Source: Verrucomicrobiota bacterium (GTDB lineage: Bacteria; Verrucomicrobiota; Verrucomicrobiia; Limisphaerales; UBA1100). From it: a stretch of 64,000 nucleotides of DNA. Every line of letters begins with the position of its first letter. Position 1 is the first letter of the stretch. The notes beneath the pieces are model-generated. The model saw only the letters and a list, made by a program, of their open reading frames with translations. It ran no database searches and had not been told where the DNA came from. Of this stretch, positions 1 to 8,486 are shown in pieces. Position numbers and translations under genes: made by a program. The stretch spans positions 18,422-82,421 of the forward strand of contig JAOLZA010000003.1 in assembly GCA_028343615.1 (NCBI GenBank), given 5' to 3'.

Positions 1-1257
1 ATTGGCGAAACGATGAAACAACTCGTGCTCGGTGGTGCCGATTATGGGCACCACACGCTCACACGCTTCTTCGCGCTGCACGCGGGTATTCTGCCGCTCA
101 GCGTTATTGGGCTTACTGTGGGACACATTTATTTATTCCGCCGGCACGGTTTGACTCCAAAAAAACCCATCAAAAAAGCCGATGAATTTTTCTGGCCCGA
201 ACAGGTGCTCAAAGATTCTGTGGCCTGCCTCGCCGTGCTCGTCACCATTCTCGTGTTGCACTTTGCCTTCAACGGCGCGCACCTCGATGCCCCCGCCGAC
301 CCTTCCTCCGCTTATCCCGCTCGGCCGGATTGGTACTTCCTTTTCCTTTTCCAGTTCTTGAAATATTTCCCCGGACACTGGGAAGTGCTTGGCGCGGTCG
401 TGCTGCCCGGCATTGCGATGACTTTGGTTTTCCTGATGCCCATCATCGGCAAATCAGAACGCGGCCATCGCTTCAATATCGGTCTGCTCTTCGGCATCCT
501 CGCCTTTGCTGGCATTCTCACTTTTTTGGCCGTGAACGCTGATCGCAACAATCCCACGTACATAGCTTCCAAAGAACAAGCCGCGCGCGAAGCCGCCATC
601 GTGAAGGAGCTAGCCGAGAACGGCATCCCGCCCGAAGGCGCGCTCGCTTTGCTGCAAGGCCCCAAACTTTTCGCTCAACACTGCGCTAGTTGCCATACGC
701 ACGGCGGCGAAAATGGTCTCGGGAATCCAGTTGAACCCAGCGCGCCGGATCTCAAAGGTTTCGCCAGTCGCGAATATCTCACTGAGCTTTTGCACCCCGA
801 GCGGTTCATGTCCGCTAAATTTTTCGGCAAGACCGCGCATGCTAAGAAAAGTAAAATGTACGATTTTCTTCAAGACGAGTTTGATGGCATCGATGATGAC
901 AAAGACATGCGCGCGGACATGGACTTGCTCATTAAGGCCATCTCCGCTGAGGCTAAGCTCGCTTCGCAATCTAAAGTGGATTTAGAAGATCGCGAAGCCA
1001 TTATGAAAGGCCGCGAATTATTTGATGAAATTGGATGCATCGATTGCCACGCGTTGGGCGGTTGGAATGCCGAAGATTATTCTGCGCCGGATTTGACTGG
1101 TTACGGTTCGCGCGAATGGATGCTCGGCATCGTGCATGATCCCGAGCACGAACGTTTCTACGGTAAAAAGAACGATCGTATGCCCGCCTTCGGCAAAGAT
1201 GAAAAACTCACGCGCCGACAAATGGAACGCATCGTCGATTGGCTACGTGGCGAGTAG
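1..1257 (+). CDS. cytochrome b (bc-complex type) fused to a C-terminal dihaem cytochrome c domain; 5' end runs off the window
   Basis: The frame is open from base 1, with no stop before the ATG at 13. The N-terminal part is multi-TM with a PEWY-like motif (PARPDWYFLFLFQF) typical of the cytochrome b C-terminal domain. The C-terminal part has two CxxCH haem-c motifs (CASCH, CIDCH). Confidence 0.75.
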   Translation: MGETMKQLVLGGADYGHHTLTRFFALHAGILPLSVIGLTVGHIYLFRRHGLTPKKPIKKADEFFWPEQVLKDSVACLAVLVTILVLHFAFNGAHLDAPADPSSAYPARPDWYFLFLFQFLKYFPGHWEVLGAVVLPGIAMTLVFLMPIIGKSERGHRFNIGLLFGILAFAGILTFLAVNADRNNPTYIASKEQAAREAAIVKELAENGIPPEGALALLQGPKLFAQHCASCHTHGGENGLGNPVEPSAPDLKGFASREYLTELLHPERFMSAKFFGKTAHAKKSKMYDFLQDEFDGIDDDKDMRADMDLLIKAISAEAKLASQSKVDLEDREAIMKGRELFDEIGCIDCHALGGWNAEDYSAPDLTGYGSREWMLGIVHDPEHERFYGKKNDRMPAFGKDEKLTRRQMERIVDWLRGE

Positions 1258-1349
1258 CATTTGTTGCCAATAAATCGCGTCCGATTTCCTAGATTTTCAC
1301 ACTGGATTGGACGTGTCTGTAGGCTTGAGGGGCAGGTATTCACCAAACT

Positions 1350-1403
1350 CACCTCTTTCACTCCGAATGCGGTGTGAATAGCGAGGTGTGAATTATTTTT
1401 TTT
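1350..1403 (+). terminator. candidate rho-independent terminator after the cytochrome b/c gene
   Basis: CACCTC (1350-1355) pairs with GAGGTG (1383-1388), with an inner TTCACTCCG/CGGTGTGAA stem. A T-run follows at 1396-1403. Confidence 0.45.
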
Positions 1404-1507
1404 ACCCCCTCCAATCTCTTATACCGAGACTTCTGGCGGCATATACTGAAATTGGGCTTTGGTTATTAACAATATGTCATTTTATGTGTTGACTAATTTC
1501 AGGCATA

Positions 1508-1555
1508 CCCCAATATATCGCGCAGTTGATCGCGAGGTCACACAACAGCTTGTGG
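1508..1555 (+). promoter_or_regulatory. two candidate NrdR boxes upstream of nrdA, next to a TTGACT -35-like hexamer at 1489-1494
   Basis: ACACAACAGCTTGTGG (1540-1555) fits the published NrdR-box palindrome acaCwAnAtnTwGtgt at 14 of 16 positions. A weaker box, CCCCAATATATCGCGC (1508-1523), has its centre 32 bp upstream, which is the usual tandem spacing. Confidence 0.4.
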
Positions 1556-1658
1556 ATATGCCAGTAAACAACTTCATAACAGTGTGTGAGCCTTATGTGA
1601 ATAACCCGCTGATTATTTCGGTAAAATGATGGTTTTTCGGCCTAATTTAGACTGTGAA

Positions 1659-1832
1659 GCACCGTTGCGGCGGGGCGAGTCAAATCGGGTTGTGGATCAG
1701 CTCGAAAAACAAGCCCCGAGCGAGTGCTCGGGCGACTGCCTCGCCAGGGCAGTTGGGGTGGTTTAGCCCAACCTACCCCGGGCCGGAGAAACTCTTCTTC
1801 GTCCCCTGATGCCAATGCGGTGCGGCGACCGC
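1659..1832 (+). promoter_or_regulatory. structured GC-rich element in the nrdA 5' leader (class unknown)
   Basis: A long-range stem pairs GCACCG..GGGG (1659-1675) with CCCC..GCCAA..CGGTGC (1803-1823). It encloses hairpins at 1715-1732 (CCCGAGC/GCTCGGG), 1736-1752 (CTGCC/GGCAG) and 1755-1779 (GGGGTGG/CCTACCCC). An alternative hairpin, GCGGT/ACCGC (1817-1832), competes with the closing stem. Confidence 0.35.
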
Positions 1833-1854
1833 TGAATGATAGGATAGAATAAGT

Positions 1855-4716
1855 ATGATTAATGAGCAGCTCGACGGCCAATTACGAATGGCCACTTTGG
1901 ATCCCCTCGAAGGCAAAAAACTCCAAGTGCGCAAGCGCGACGGACGCATTATTGAGTTTGATGAAACGAGAATTTATTTGGCCCTCGAAGCGGCGTTGAA
2001 GGCGGACGCCGGTTTGGAACAGGACGAGCCCGCGCCGGAATCGATGCAGGCGGACGCGCAGTTGCTCACGCATGAAGTGGTGGAACGTTGCCTTGTTCGG
2101 TTGTCTAAAAATGAATCGCTGGAGATCGAGCGGATTCAGGATGTGGTGGAGGAAAAGCTGATGGCCGGTGGATTCCACGGCGCGGCCAAGCGCTATATTG
2201 TTTACCGCGAGGAACGCCGCAAGGCACGCGCAATTCGCGGAGACCGAACGGTGGAAGGCACGGCACAAGAACGAGTGTTCGTGACGCTGCCCGATGGTGA
2301 AAAGGAAGTGCTCGATCCCAGTCGTTTGAAACGCGATATCTACGGTGCGTGCCGCGGGGTAGAGGACAAATGCCAAGCCAACGATCTCTTCAACGAGACG
2401 ATGCGCAATCTGTATGACGGCGTGCACACGGAAGAGATCGACAAGGCACTAGTGATGTCTGCCAAGGCGCGGATTGAAACGGAGCCGGCTTACACCTACG
2501 TGGCGGCGCGTTTGTTGCTGAATCAAATTTACGAGGAGGTGCTGCCGAAGTTTGATTCGCCAGTGGAGCTGCCGCAATTGCATCGTGATCATTTTGCGGA
2601 TTATTTGCGGCAGGGCGTGGATGCCGACCGGTTATCGCCGGACTTGCTGCAGTATGACCTCGCCAAGCTGGCGGACGCATTCGTCCTAGAGCGCGACCAG
2701 CAGTTTTCCTATATGGGCATCCAGACCATTTACGATCGCTACCTCATTCACATCGGCGGCACGCGGATTGAGACGCCGCAGTATTTTTATATGCGCGTCT
2801 CGATGGGGCTGGCGATGAACGAGGCTAACCGCGAGGAGCGCGCGATTGAGTTTTATCACGCGCTGAGTTCCTTCCGCTTTATGTCCTCCACGCCCACGCT
2901 GTTCAACGCGGGCACGCTACATCCCCAACTTTCCTCCTGCTACTTGAGCACGGTGGATGATGACCTCGAGAGCATTTTCAAACTTGTGGCTGACGATGCG
3001 CGTTTATCCAAATGGGCCGGTGGTCTTGGCAATGACTGGACAAACATACGCGCAACTGGCTCACATATCAAAGGCACCAACGGTGAAAGCCAAGGCGTGA
3101 TCCCATTTTTGAAAGTCGCCAATGATACGGCGGTGGCCGTGAACCAAGGCGGCAAACGCAAGGGCGCGATGTGCGCATACCTAGAGACATGGCATTTGGA
3201 TATCGAGGATTTCATGGAGTTGCGCAAAAACACCGGCGATGAACGCCGACGCACGCACGATATGAACACCGCCAACTGGATTCCGGATCTGTTCATGAAA
3301 CGCATCAAAGCGGGCGGCGAGTGGACACTTTTCAGCCCAAGCGATGTAGCCGATTTACATGATCTATATGGCGCGGCATTCGAGAAACGCTACGAAGAGT
3401 ACGAAGCAATGGCGAAAGCCGGCGAGATAACTCACTTCAAAACCGTGCGGGCTGAAGATCTTTGGCGCAAAATGCTGATGAATCTATTCGAGACGGGACA
3501 TCCGTGGATTACTTTCAAGGATCCCTCGAATGTGCGTTCGCCGCAGGATCATATGGGCGTGGTACACAGCTCCAATCTTTGCACGGAAATTCTGCTCAAT
3601 ACCAGTGCCGAGGAAACCGCCGTTTGCAATCTCGGCTCAGTGAATCTCACAGCCCACATCAAGGATGGCGAACTCGATGAGGAGCTCATCGCCAGCACCG
3701 TGCGCACGGCCATCCGTATGTTGGACAACGTGATCGACATCAACTACTATCCCACTCCCGAGGCGCGCGCAGCGAATATGCGGCATCGTCCGGTCGGGAT
3801 GGGAATGATGGCGTTTCAGGACGCGCTTTATAAACTGCGTATTCCTTACTCGAGCGAAGCGGCGGTGGCCTTTGCCGATCGCAGTATGGAAATGATTTCA
3901 TACTACGCCATCCTTACTTCTAGCGAGTTGGCGGCTGAACGCGGCACGTACGAATCTTATGAAGGCTCTAAATGGTCTCGCGGGTTGTTGCCCATCGACA
4001 CGATTGAATTGCTCGAGCAAGAGCGCGGCGGCAGCCTTACGGTCGATCGTAGTGCGCAAATGGACTGGACGCCTGTGCGTGAATCCATCGCCCAACACGG
4101 CGTGCGCAATAGCAATACGATGGCCATCGCGCCCACGGCCACCATCGCGAACATCATCGGTGTGAGCCAATCTATTGAGCCGACATACAAAAATATGTAC
4201 GCGAAGGCGAACCTCTCCGGCGAATTCACGGTGATGAACAATTACCTGGTGGAACAGCTGAAGGAACGCAACTTGTGGGACGCTCAAATGGTGCAGGATC
4301 TTAAGTATTACGATGGCTCGGTGCTGAAGATTGATCGTATTCCGGACGACATGAAGGACATCTTCCGCACGTCGTTTGAGATTGATTCCAAATGGCTAAT
4401 CGCCTGCGCGGCGCGCCGCCAAAAATGGATCGATATGGGCCAATCACTGAACCTGTATTTTGACCTCAGGCAAGTACCCGAAGGCGGAAAGACCGGTCGT
4501 ATTTTGAGCGATATGTATTTCTTCGCGTGGGAAGCCGGCCTGAAAACGACATACTACCTCCGCACCCTTGGTGCTACGAACATTGAGAAATCAACCGTGG
4601 ACATCAACAGCTACGGCGTGCAACCAGAGTGGATGAAAAATAAATCGGCATCCAGCGATGTGGTTGCCGCTCCCACCTGTAGCATCCTCGACCCCGAGTG
4701 CGAGGCCTGCCAGTAA
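1855..4716 (+). CDS. nrdA: ribonucleoside-diphosphate reductase alpha subunit (class I) with two N-terminal ATP-cone-like modules
   Basis: 953-aa ORF with an ATP-cone ([18 protein letters not shown]). Catalytic-core motifs are present (SSCYL, NLCTEI, C-terminal [12 protein letters not shown] redox tail). nrdB follows immediately. Confidence 0.95.
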   Translation: MINEQLDGQLRMATLDPLEGKKLQVRKRDGRIIEFDETRIYLALEAALKADAGLEQDEPAPESMQADAQLLTHEVVERCLVRLSKNESLEIERIQDVVEEKLMAGGFHGAAKRYIVYREERRKARAIRGDRTVEGTAQERVFVTLPDGEKEVLDPSRLKRDIYGACRGVEDKCQANDLFNETMRNLYDGVHTEEIDKALVMSAKARIETEPAYTYVAARLLLNQIYEEVLPKFDSPVELPQLHRDHFADYLRQGVDADRLSPDLLQYDLAKLADAFVLERDQQFSYMGIQTIYDRYLIHIGGTRIETPQYFYMRVSMGLAMNEANREERAIEFYHALSSFRFMSSTPTLFNAGTLHPQLSSCYLSTVDDDLESIFKLVADDARLSKWAGGLGNDWTNIRATGSHIKGTNGESQGVIPFLKVANDTAVAVNQGGKRKGAMCAYLETWHLDIEDFMELRKNTGDERRRTHDMNTANWIPDLFMKRIKAGGEWTLFSPSDVADLHDLYGAAFEKRYEEYEAMAKAGEITHFKTVRAEDLWRKMLMNLFETGHPWITFKDPSNVRSPQDHMGVVHSSNLCTEILLNTSAEETAVCNLGSVNLTAHIKDGELDEELIASTVRTAIRMLDNVIDINYYPTPEARAANMRHRPVGMGMMAFQDALYKLRIPYSSEAAVAFADRSMEMISYYAILTSSELAAERGTYESYEGSKWSRGLLPIDTIELLEQERGGSLTVDRSAQMDWTPVRESIAQHGVRNSNTMAIAPTATIANIIGVSQSIEPTYKNMYAKANLSGEFTVMNNYLVEQLKERNLWDAQMVQDLKYYDGSVLKIDRIPDDMKDIFRTSFEIDSKWLIACAARRQKWIDMGQSLNLYFDLRQVPEGGKTGRILSDMYFFAWEAGLKTTYYLRTLGATNIEKSTVDINSYGVQPEWMKNKSASSDVVAAPTCSILDPECEACQ

Positions 4717-4752
4717 TTTACTAAAATCAAAAACTCAACCAAAAGGAAAACT

Positions 4753-5811
4753 ATGTCTTGTTGTAATGTCACCGATCAACCCGCAAAGGCGCACGACCTC
4801 ACCAAACGCATCAACGCCAAGGACAAACTGCTCATCAACTGCCAGGCCGTGGACGTCAATCAGCTGATGCCCATCAAATACGAATGGGCGTGGGAACACT
4901 ACCTCAACGGTTGTAAAAACCATTGGATGCCCGACGAGGTGCCGATGCAAAAGGACATCGAGCTGTGGAAATCCAACAAGCTCACTGCCGATGAGCGCCG
5001 CGTGATTATGAGGAACCTTGGCTTCTTCAGTACCGCCGAGAGCCTCGTGGGGAACAATATCGTGCTCGCAATTTTCAAGCACGTGACCAACCCCGAGTGT
5101 CGCCAGTATCTGCTGCGGCAGGCGTTTGAAGAAGCGATCCACACGCACACCTTCCATTACATTTGTGAATCGCTGAGCCTCGATGAGCGAGAGGTGTTCA
5201 ATATGTATCACGAGGTGGCGTCCATAAGTGACAAGGACAACTTTGAGATGCGCCTCACCAGTGAGATCATGGACGACGGCTTCAAGACTGACACTACTGA
5301 AGGCATTCAAACTTTCCTCAAAAACCTCATCGGTTTTTATGTGATTATGGAAGGCATCTTTTTCTATTCCGGATTTGTGATGATTCTGTCCTTCCATCGC
5401 GGCAACCGCATGACGGGCATTGGCGAGCAATTCCAATACATCATGCGCGATGAAACCATCCACATGAACTTCGGACTCGACCTCATCAACGGCATCAAAG
5501 CCGAGAATCCCGAGGCGTGGACACCGGAATTTCAAAAAGAAATCGACGGCCTGATCGAGGAAGCGGTGGAACTCGAAGTCGCCTACGCGCAGGACTGCCT
5601 GCCGCGAGGCATCCTTGGGCTTAACGCTGGAATGTTCCGCGAGTACGTGCAGTACATTGCCGACCGTCGCCTCGAACGCATCGGTCTCAAGGCCAAGTAC
5701 GGTGACACTAATCCTTTCCCGTGGATGTCCGAAACTATTGATCTCGCGAAAGAGAAAAACTTTTTTGAGACCCGCGTCACCGAATATCAAAAAACATCTT
5801 TAAGTTGGTAG
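4753..5811 (+). CDS. nrdB: ribonucleotide reductase beta subunit with class Ic-like metal/radical site
   Basis: Ferritin-like ligand motifs are present ([22 protein letters not shown]) and an AAGGAAA Shine-Dalgarno sequence lies upstream. The residue four positions after the first ligand His is Phe134, and the first carboxylate is Glu96 (STAES). Confidence 0.95.
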   Translation: MSCCNVTDQPAKAHDLTKRINAKDKLLINCQAVDVNQLMPIKYEWAWEHYLNGCKNHWMPDEVPMQKDIELWKSNKLTADERRVIMRNLGFFSTAESLVGNNIVLAIFKHVTNPECRQYLLRQAFEEAIHTHTFHYICESLSLDEREVFNMYHEVASISDKDNFEMRLTSEIMDDGFKTDTTEGIQTFLKNLIGFYVIMEGIFFYSGFVMILSFHRGNRMTGIGEQFQYIMRDETIHMNFGLDLINGIKAENPEAWTPEFQKEIDGLIEEAVELEVAYAQDCLPRGILGLNAGMFREYVQYIADRRLERIGLKAKYGDTNPFPWMSETIDLAKEKNFFETRVTEYQKTSLSW

Positions 5812-5863
5812 GTGGAGAACACCGCGGCGGCGGTCTTGCGGGCCCGCCGCCGCCCCTAACTTA

Positions 5864-5894
5864 ACGGCCTTCGGGAAACCGTGGGCCGTTTTTT
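5864..5894 (+). terminator. rho-independent terminator after nrdB
   Basis: ACGGCC (5864-5869) pairs with GGCCGT (5884-5889) and is followed by TTTTT. It is preceded by a GC-rich hairpin, GCGGCGGCGG..CCGCCGCCGC (5824-5853). Confidence 0.6.
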
Positions 5895-5914
5895 AAATTC
5901 ACGTTCGTTAAAAA

Positions 5915-6484
5915 ATGGGAATACACTCAGACCAATGGATCCGCCAGAAGGCGAAGGAACACGGCATGATAGAGCCCTTTGCCGGCGAGCAAGTGCGCGC
6001 CGCCGAGGACGGAAGTCGCGTCATCAGCTACGGCGTTTCCAGCTACGGCTACGACCTGCGCGTGTCCGACGAATTCAAAGTTTTCACCAACGTCTTCAGC
6101 ACCATTGTTGATCCTAAAGGCTTTGATGATAAATCCTTCGTCAACGTGAAGACCGCCGAATGCATCGTGCCGCCCAACTCCTTTGCCCTCGCGCGCAGCG
6201 TGGAATACTTCCGTATCCCGCGCCATGTGCTCACCGTGTGCCTTGGCAAAAGCACCTATGCTCGCTGCGGCATCATTGTCAACGTCACCCCGTTTGAGCC
6301 TGAATGGGAAGGCCACGTGACGCTGGAAATTTCTAACACAACGCCCTTGCCTGCAAAAATTTACGCCAACGAAGGCCTCGCCCAAGTTCTCTTTTTCGAA
6401 GCCGAAGAAGTTTGCGAAACAAGCTACGCCGATCGCGGAGGAAAATACCAAGGCCAAAAAGGCATCACCATCCCGCGGATGTAA
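5915..6484 (+). CDS. dcd: dCTP deaminase
   Basis: 189 aa. The N-terminus [18 protein letters not shown] and the trimeric dUTPase-like core ([18 protein letters not shown]) are typical of Dcd. Confidence 0.9.
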   Translation: MGIHSDQWIRQKAKEHGMIEPFAGEQVRAAEDGSRVISYGVSSYGYDLRVSDEFKVFTNVFSTIVDPKGFDDKSFVNVKTAECIVPPNSFALARSVEYFRIPRHVLTVCLGKSTYARCGIIVNVTPFEPEWEGHVTLEISNTTPLPAKIYANEGLAQVLFFEAEEVCETSYADRGGKYQGQKGITIPRM

Positions 6485-6485
6485 C

Positions 6486-7115
6486 ATGCTCATGCACGAA
6501 CTTATTCCCGCTGCGGAGGCGGATTCAAAATGGCTGATGGTGGTGTTGCACGGGCTGGGCGACAGCATGGAGGGCTATCGCTGGTTGCCGGAGGCAATGG
6601 GTCTGCCGTGGCTGAATTATTTATTGGTGAATGCGCCGGATGATTATCACGGTGGATTTTCGTGGTATGATATTCCTGCAAATCCCTCACCGGGCGTGGA
6701 GCGTAGTCGGACGGCATTGTTCGAGCTGCTTGATGCCCAGCGCGAGGTGGGTTTCGCAGCTGAGCAAATTTTCCAATTCGGTTTCAGCCAAGGCTGTTTA
6801 ATGACAATGGAAGTGGCGATGCGTTATCCGCATAGGCTAGCCGGTTGTGTTGGGGTGAGCGGTTATTTGCACGAACCGGAGCAGGCGATTACCGAACTAT
6901 CGCCGGTGGCGAAGGAGCAGAATATTTTATTCACGCTGGGCACGTTTGATCCGCTCATACCGGCGGAAAAAGTGAAGGGCCAGTTGAATTTGTTACGGCA
7001 GGACGGAGGTTTGAAAATTCAGGCCAAGGAATTTCCCAAGGAACACACCATCGCGGGCGAGGAAGAGTTGTCGCTCATTCGTGATTTTTTGACGGACGCG
7101 CGGGGAGATCAATAA
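6486..7115 (+). CDS. phospholipase/carboxylesterase-family alpha/beta hydrolase
   Basis: 209 aa with the HGLGDS oxyanion region and the GFSQG nucleophile elbow (GxSxG). Size and motifs fit the small carboxylesterase family. Confidence 0.75.
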   Translation: MLMHELIPAAEADSKWLMVVLHGLGDSMEGYRWLPEAMGLPWLNYLLVNAPDDYHGGFSWYDIPANPSPGVERSRTALFELLDAQREVGFAAEQIFQFGFSQGCLMTMEVAMRYPHRLAGCVGVSGYLHEPEQAITELSPVAKEQNILFTLGTFDPLIPAEKVKGQLNLLRQDGGLKIQAKEFPKEHTIAGEEELSLIRDFLTDARGDQ

Positions 7116-8457
7116 TCTCCACATCCTCAAGTCGCGTCACACCCATTCTCATGCGCCCGGCTGCACGTCGCATTTCATTTGCCTCGGTGTGGGTGGGGAG
7201 TTTTACAAATTGTCGTAACTTGATGATGCGTTCCGCAGCCATCATATCCAACGCCACGGGGTCAGTGCCCAGCCATAGTTCGTTCAGCGTGGTGGCATAG
7301 TCGGCGCGGCGAGTGTCAGCCAAATGAAACTGGCACAGCAGCGCGTCGGTAATGCACAGCCGCACACGCGACGTGGGCAAGTCGCGGTCGGTGCGTAATT
7401 GATGCGCTCCCAGCACGGTGCCGCCGTGAGGCAGGAGATGCTGGCGCCAGGCGGTCATTTGATCGAGCACCAGCACGGCTTGCGCTTTGGTGTTGTTGTG
7501 GGCGGTAGCCCCTTTCAGTGCATCGCGCAGTGCGCGCGTTAGGGGTATGGCTTCGTCGCTGGTTTTGTTAAAATAAAAAAATTCTTTACCCGAGGTGGGT
7601 TGCAGCAGCAATGCGCGGGCATTGCCTTGCGGCTTCAATGCGGCGGCTACGCGGGCGGGTGACAGAGTGTGTGAGTAAGCGGCCATCAAAAAAAGGTTTG
7701 GCACGGCCAAGTGCCGGTGATGTGTCGATTTTTCAAAACGCGAAGTGTTGTCCACGCTATCAAGCCCCAGCGCATCAAGATGGCCACGTGAGCCGGTAAC
7801 GGGATGGGCGATGAGCGGATGCAGATTGATGATGCAGGTGAGCTCGCGTGTGAGCAATTTTGACAGATGCGAAAGCCGTTTCAATTGTACGTCCTCGGGC
7901 TTGCTGAAAAAACGGTCGCCCGACTGCAAGGGATGGGTGAGGGTGACATCAAAATGTGGATGCGATTCATAGCCCGTTTCGCGCGCACCGGCCAGCCGCA
8001 CGCCGAGGGCTTTGGCCATGCGCACGTAGCCGGCCTTTCTCAAATCCTCCAGAGAGCTATCCCAAATCACAATTTGCCGCTCGGGGATACCGGCAGCAAT
8101 CAGGCTGCGTGCTACGGCTTCAACCAAGACCGGTCGTGTTCCGGCCATCGGGCCGTGTTGGGCGTCCACCTTAAGGCCGATCACGTCCGTGGGCGTCACT
8201 AGTGTGCGCCAAGCCGCACGCGGGGTTGTTTGGCCGGTTGCCTTCGGCAGCGCGTGATCCAGCATAGCCTGTACACGGGCGCGATTGGGTGTGAGAAACC
8301 GCGTGGCTTCGGCATCGCGCACGCGGATGATACGGGATTTTTTTGGGTTCGGCGCCTGCGCGGACAAGCTAAACCCCAGCCCCAGCGCGAAAGTGAACAA
8401 GATGCGCCCAGTTAGTGAATAACGCACCTTTGCCAAATCCTGTATATTTGCGAACAT
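7075..8457 (-). CDS. secreted hypothetical protein, DUF362-like
   Basis: Long ORF with a signal peptide after the ATG at 8457 (RILFTFALGLGFSLSAQA); the ORF track uses a TTG at 8478. The segment IGLKVD..TRPVLVEAVARSLIAAGIPERQIVIWDS resembles DUF362. Its 3' end overlaps the convergent esterase gene by 41 nt. Confidence 0.5.
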   Translation of the reverse strand: MFANIQDLAKVRYSLTGRILFTFALGLGFSLSAQAPNPKKSRIIRVRDAEATRFLTPNRARVQAMLDHALPKATGQTTPRAAWRTLVTPTDVIGLKVDAQHGPMAGTRPVLVEAVARSLIAAGIPERQIVIWDSSLEDLRKAGYVRMAKALGVRLAGARETGYESHPHFDVTLTHPLQSGDRFFSKPEDVQLKRLSHLSKLLTRELTCIINLHPLIAHPVTGSRGHLDALGLDSVDNTSRFEKSTHHRHLAVPNLFLMAAYSHTLSPARVAAALKPQGNARALLLQPTSGKEFFYFNKTSDEAIPLTRALRDALKGATAHNNTKAQAVLVLDQMTAWRQHLLPHGGTVLGAHQLRTDRDLPTSRVRLCITDALLCQFHLADTRRADYATTLNELWLGTDPVALDMMAAERIIKLRQFVKLPTHTEANEMRRAAGRMRMGVTRLEDVEIIDLPARPSKNHE

Positions 8458-8486
8458 ACTTAGCCGCAAGGCTAACAAAAAATTTC

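Noticed and set aside
1640-1850. Cobalamin (B12) riboswitch in the nrdA leader, which would be biologically sensible upstream of a class I RNR
   Set aside because: Neither strand contains the conserved core (AGGGAA..GGTG.AA.CC..GC.G.CCCGC.ACTGT) together with a B12 box (AGYCMGGAGACCKGCC). GGGCCGGAGAAACTC and, on the reverse strand, GCCCCGCCGCAACGGTG are only partial look-alikes in the wrong order and orientation. It is kept only as an unclassified structured element.
1640-1850. SRP RNA, tmRNA or RNase P RNA hidden in the long intergenic region
   Set aside because: There is no GGUCCGGAAGGAAGCAGCC-type SRP domain IV, no tmRNA 5' GGGG..UUCGAC or 3' tRNA-like CCA end, and no GAGGAAAGUCCGGGC RNase P core. 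The element is also too short for RNase P.
4735-5790. 351-aa ORF antisense to nrdB. Similar long shadow ORFs lie at 10147-10743, 23174-23866, 44733-45494, 51976-52899, 60096-60743 and 62092-62841.
   Set aside because: Each is fully nested opposite a gene with strong family motifs. Each has R/H/G-rich low-information composition typical of antisense frames in GC-rich DNA, and none has a signal peptide or recognisable motif.
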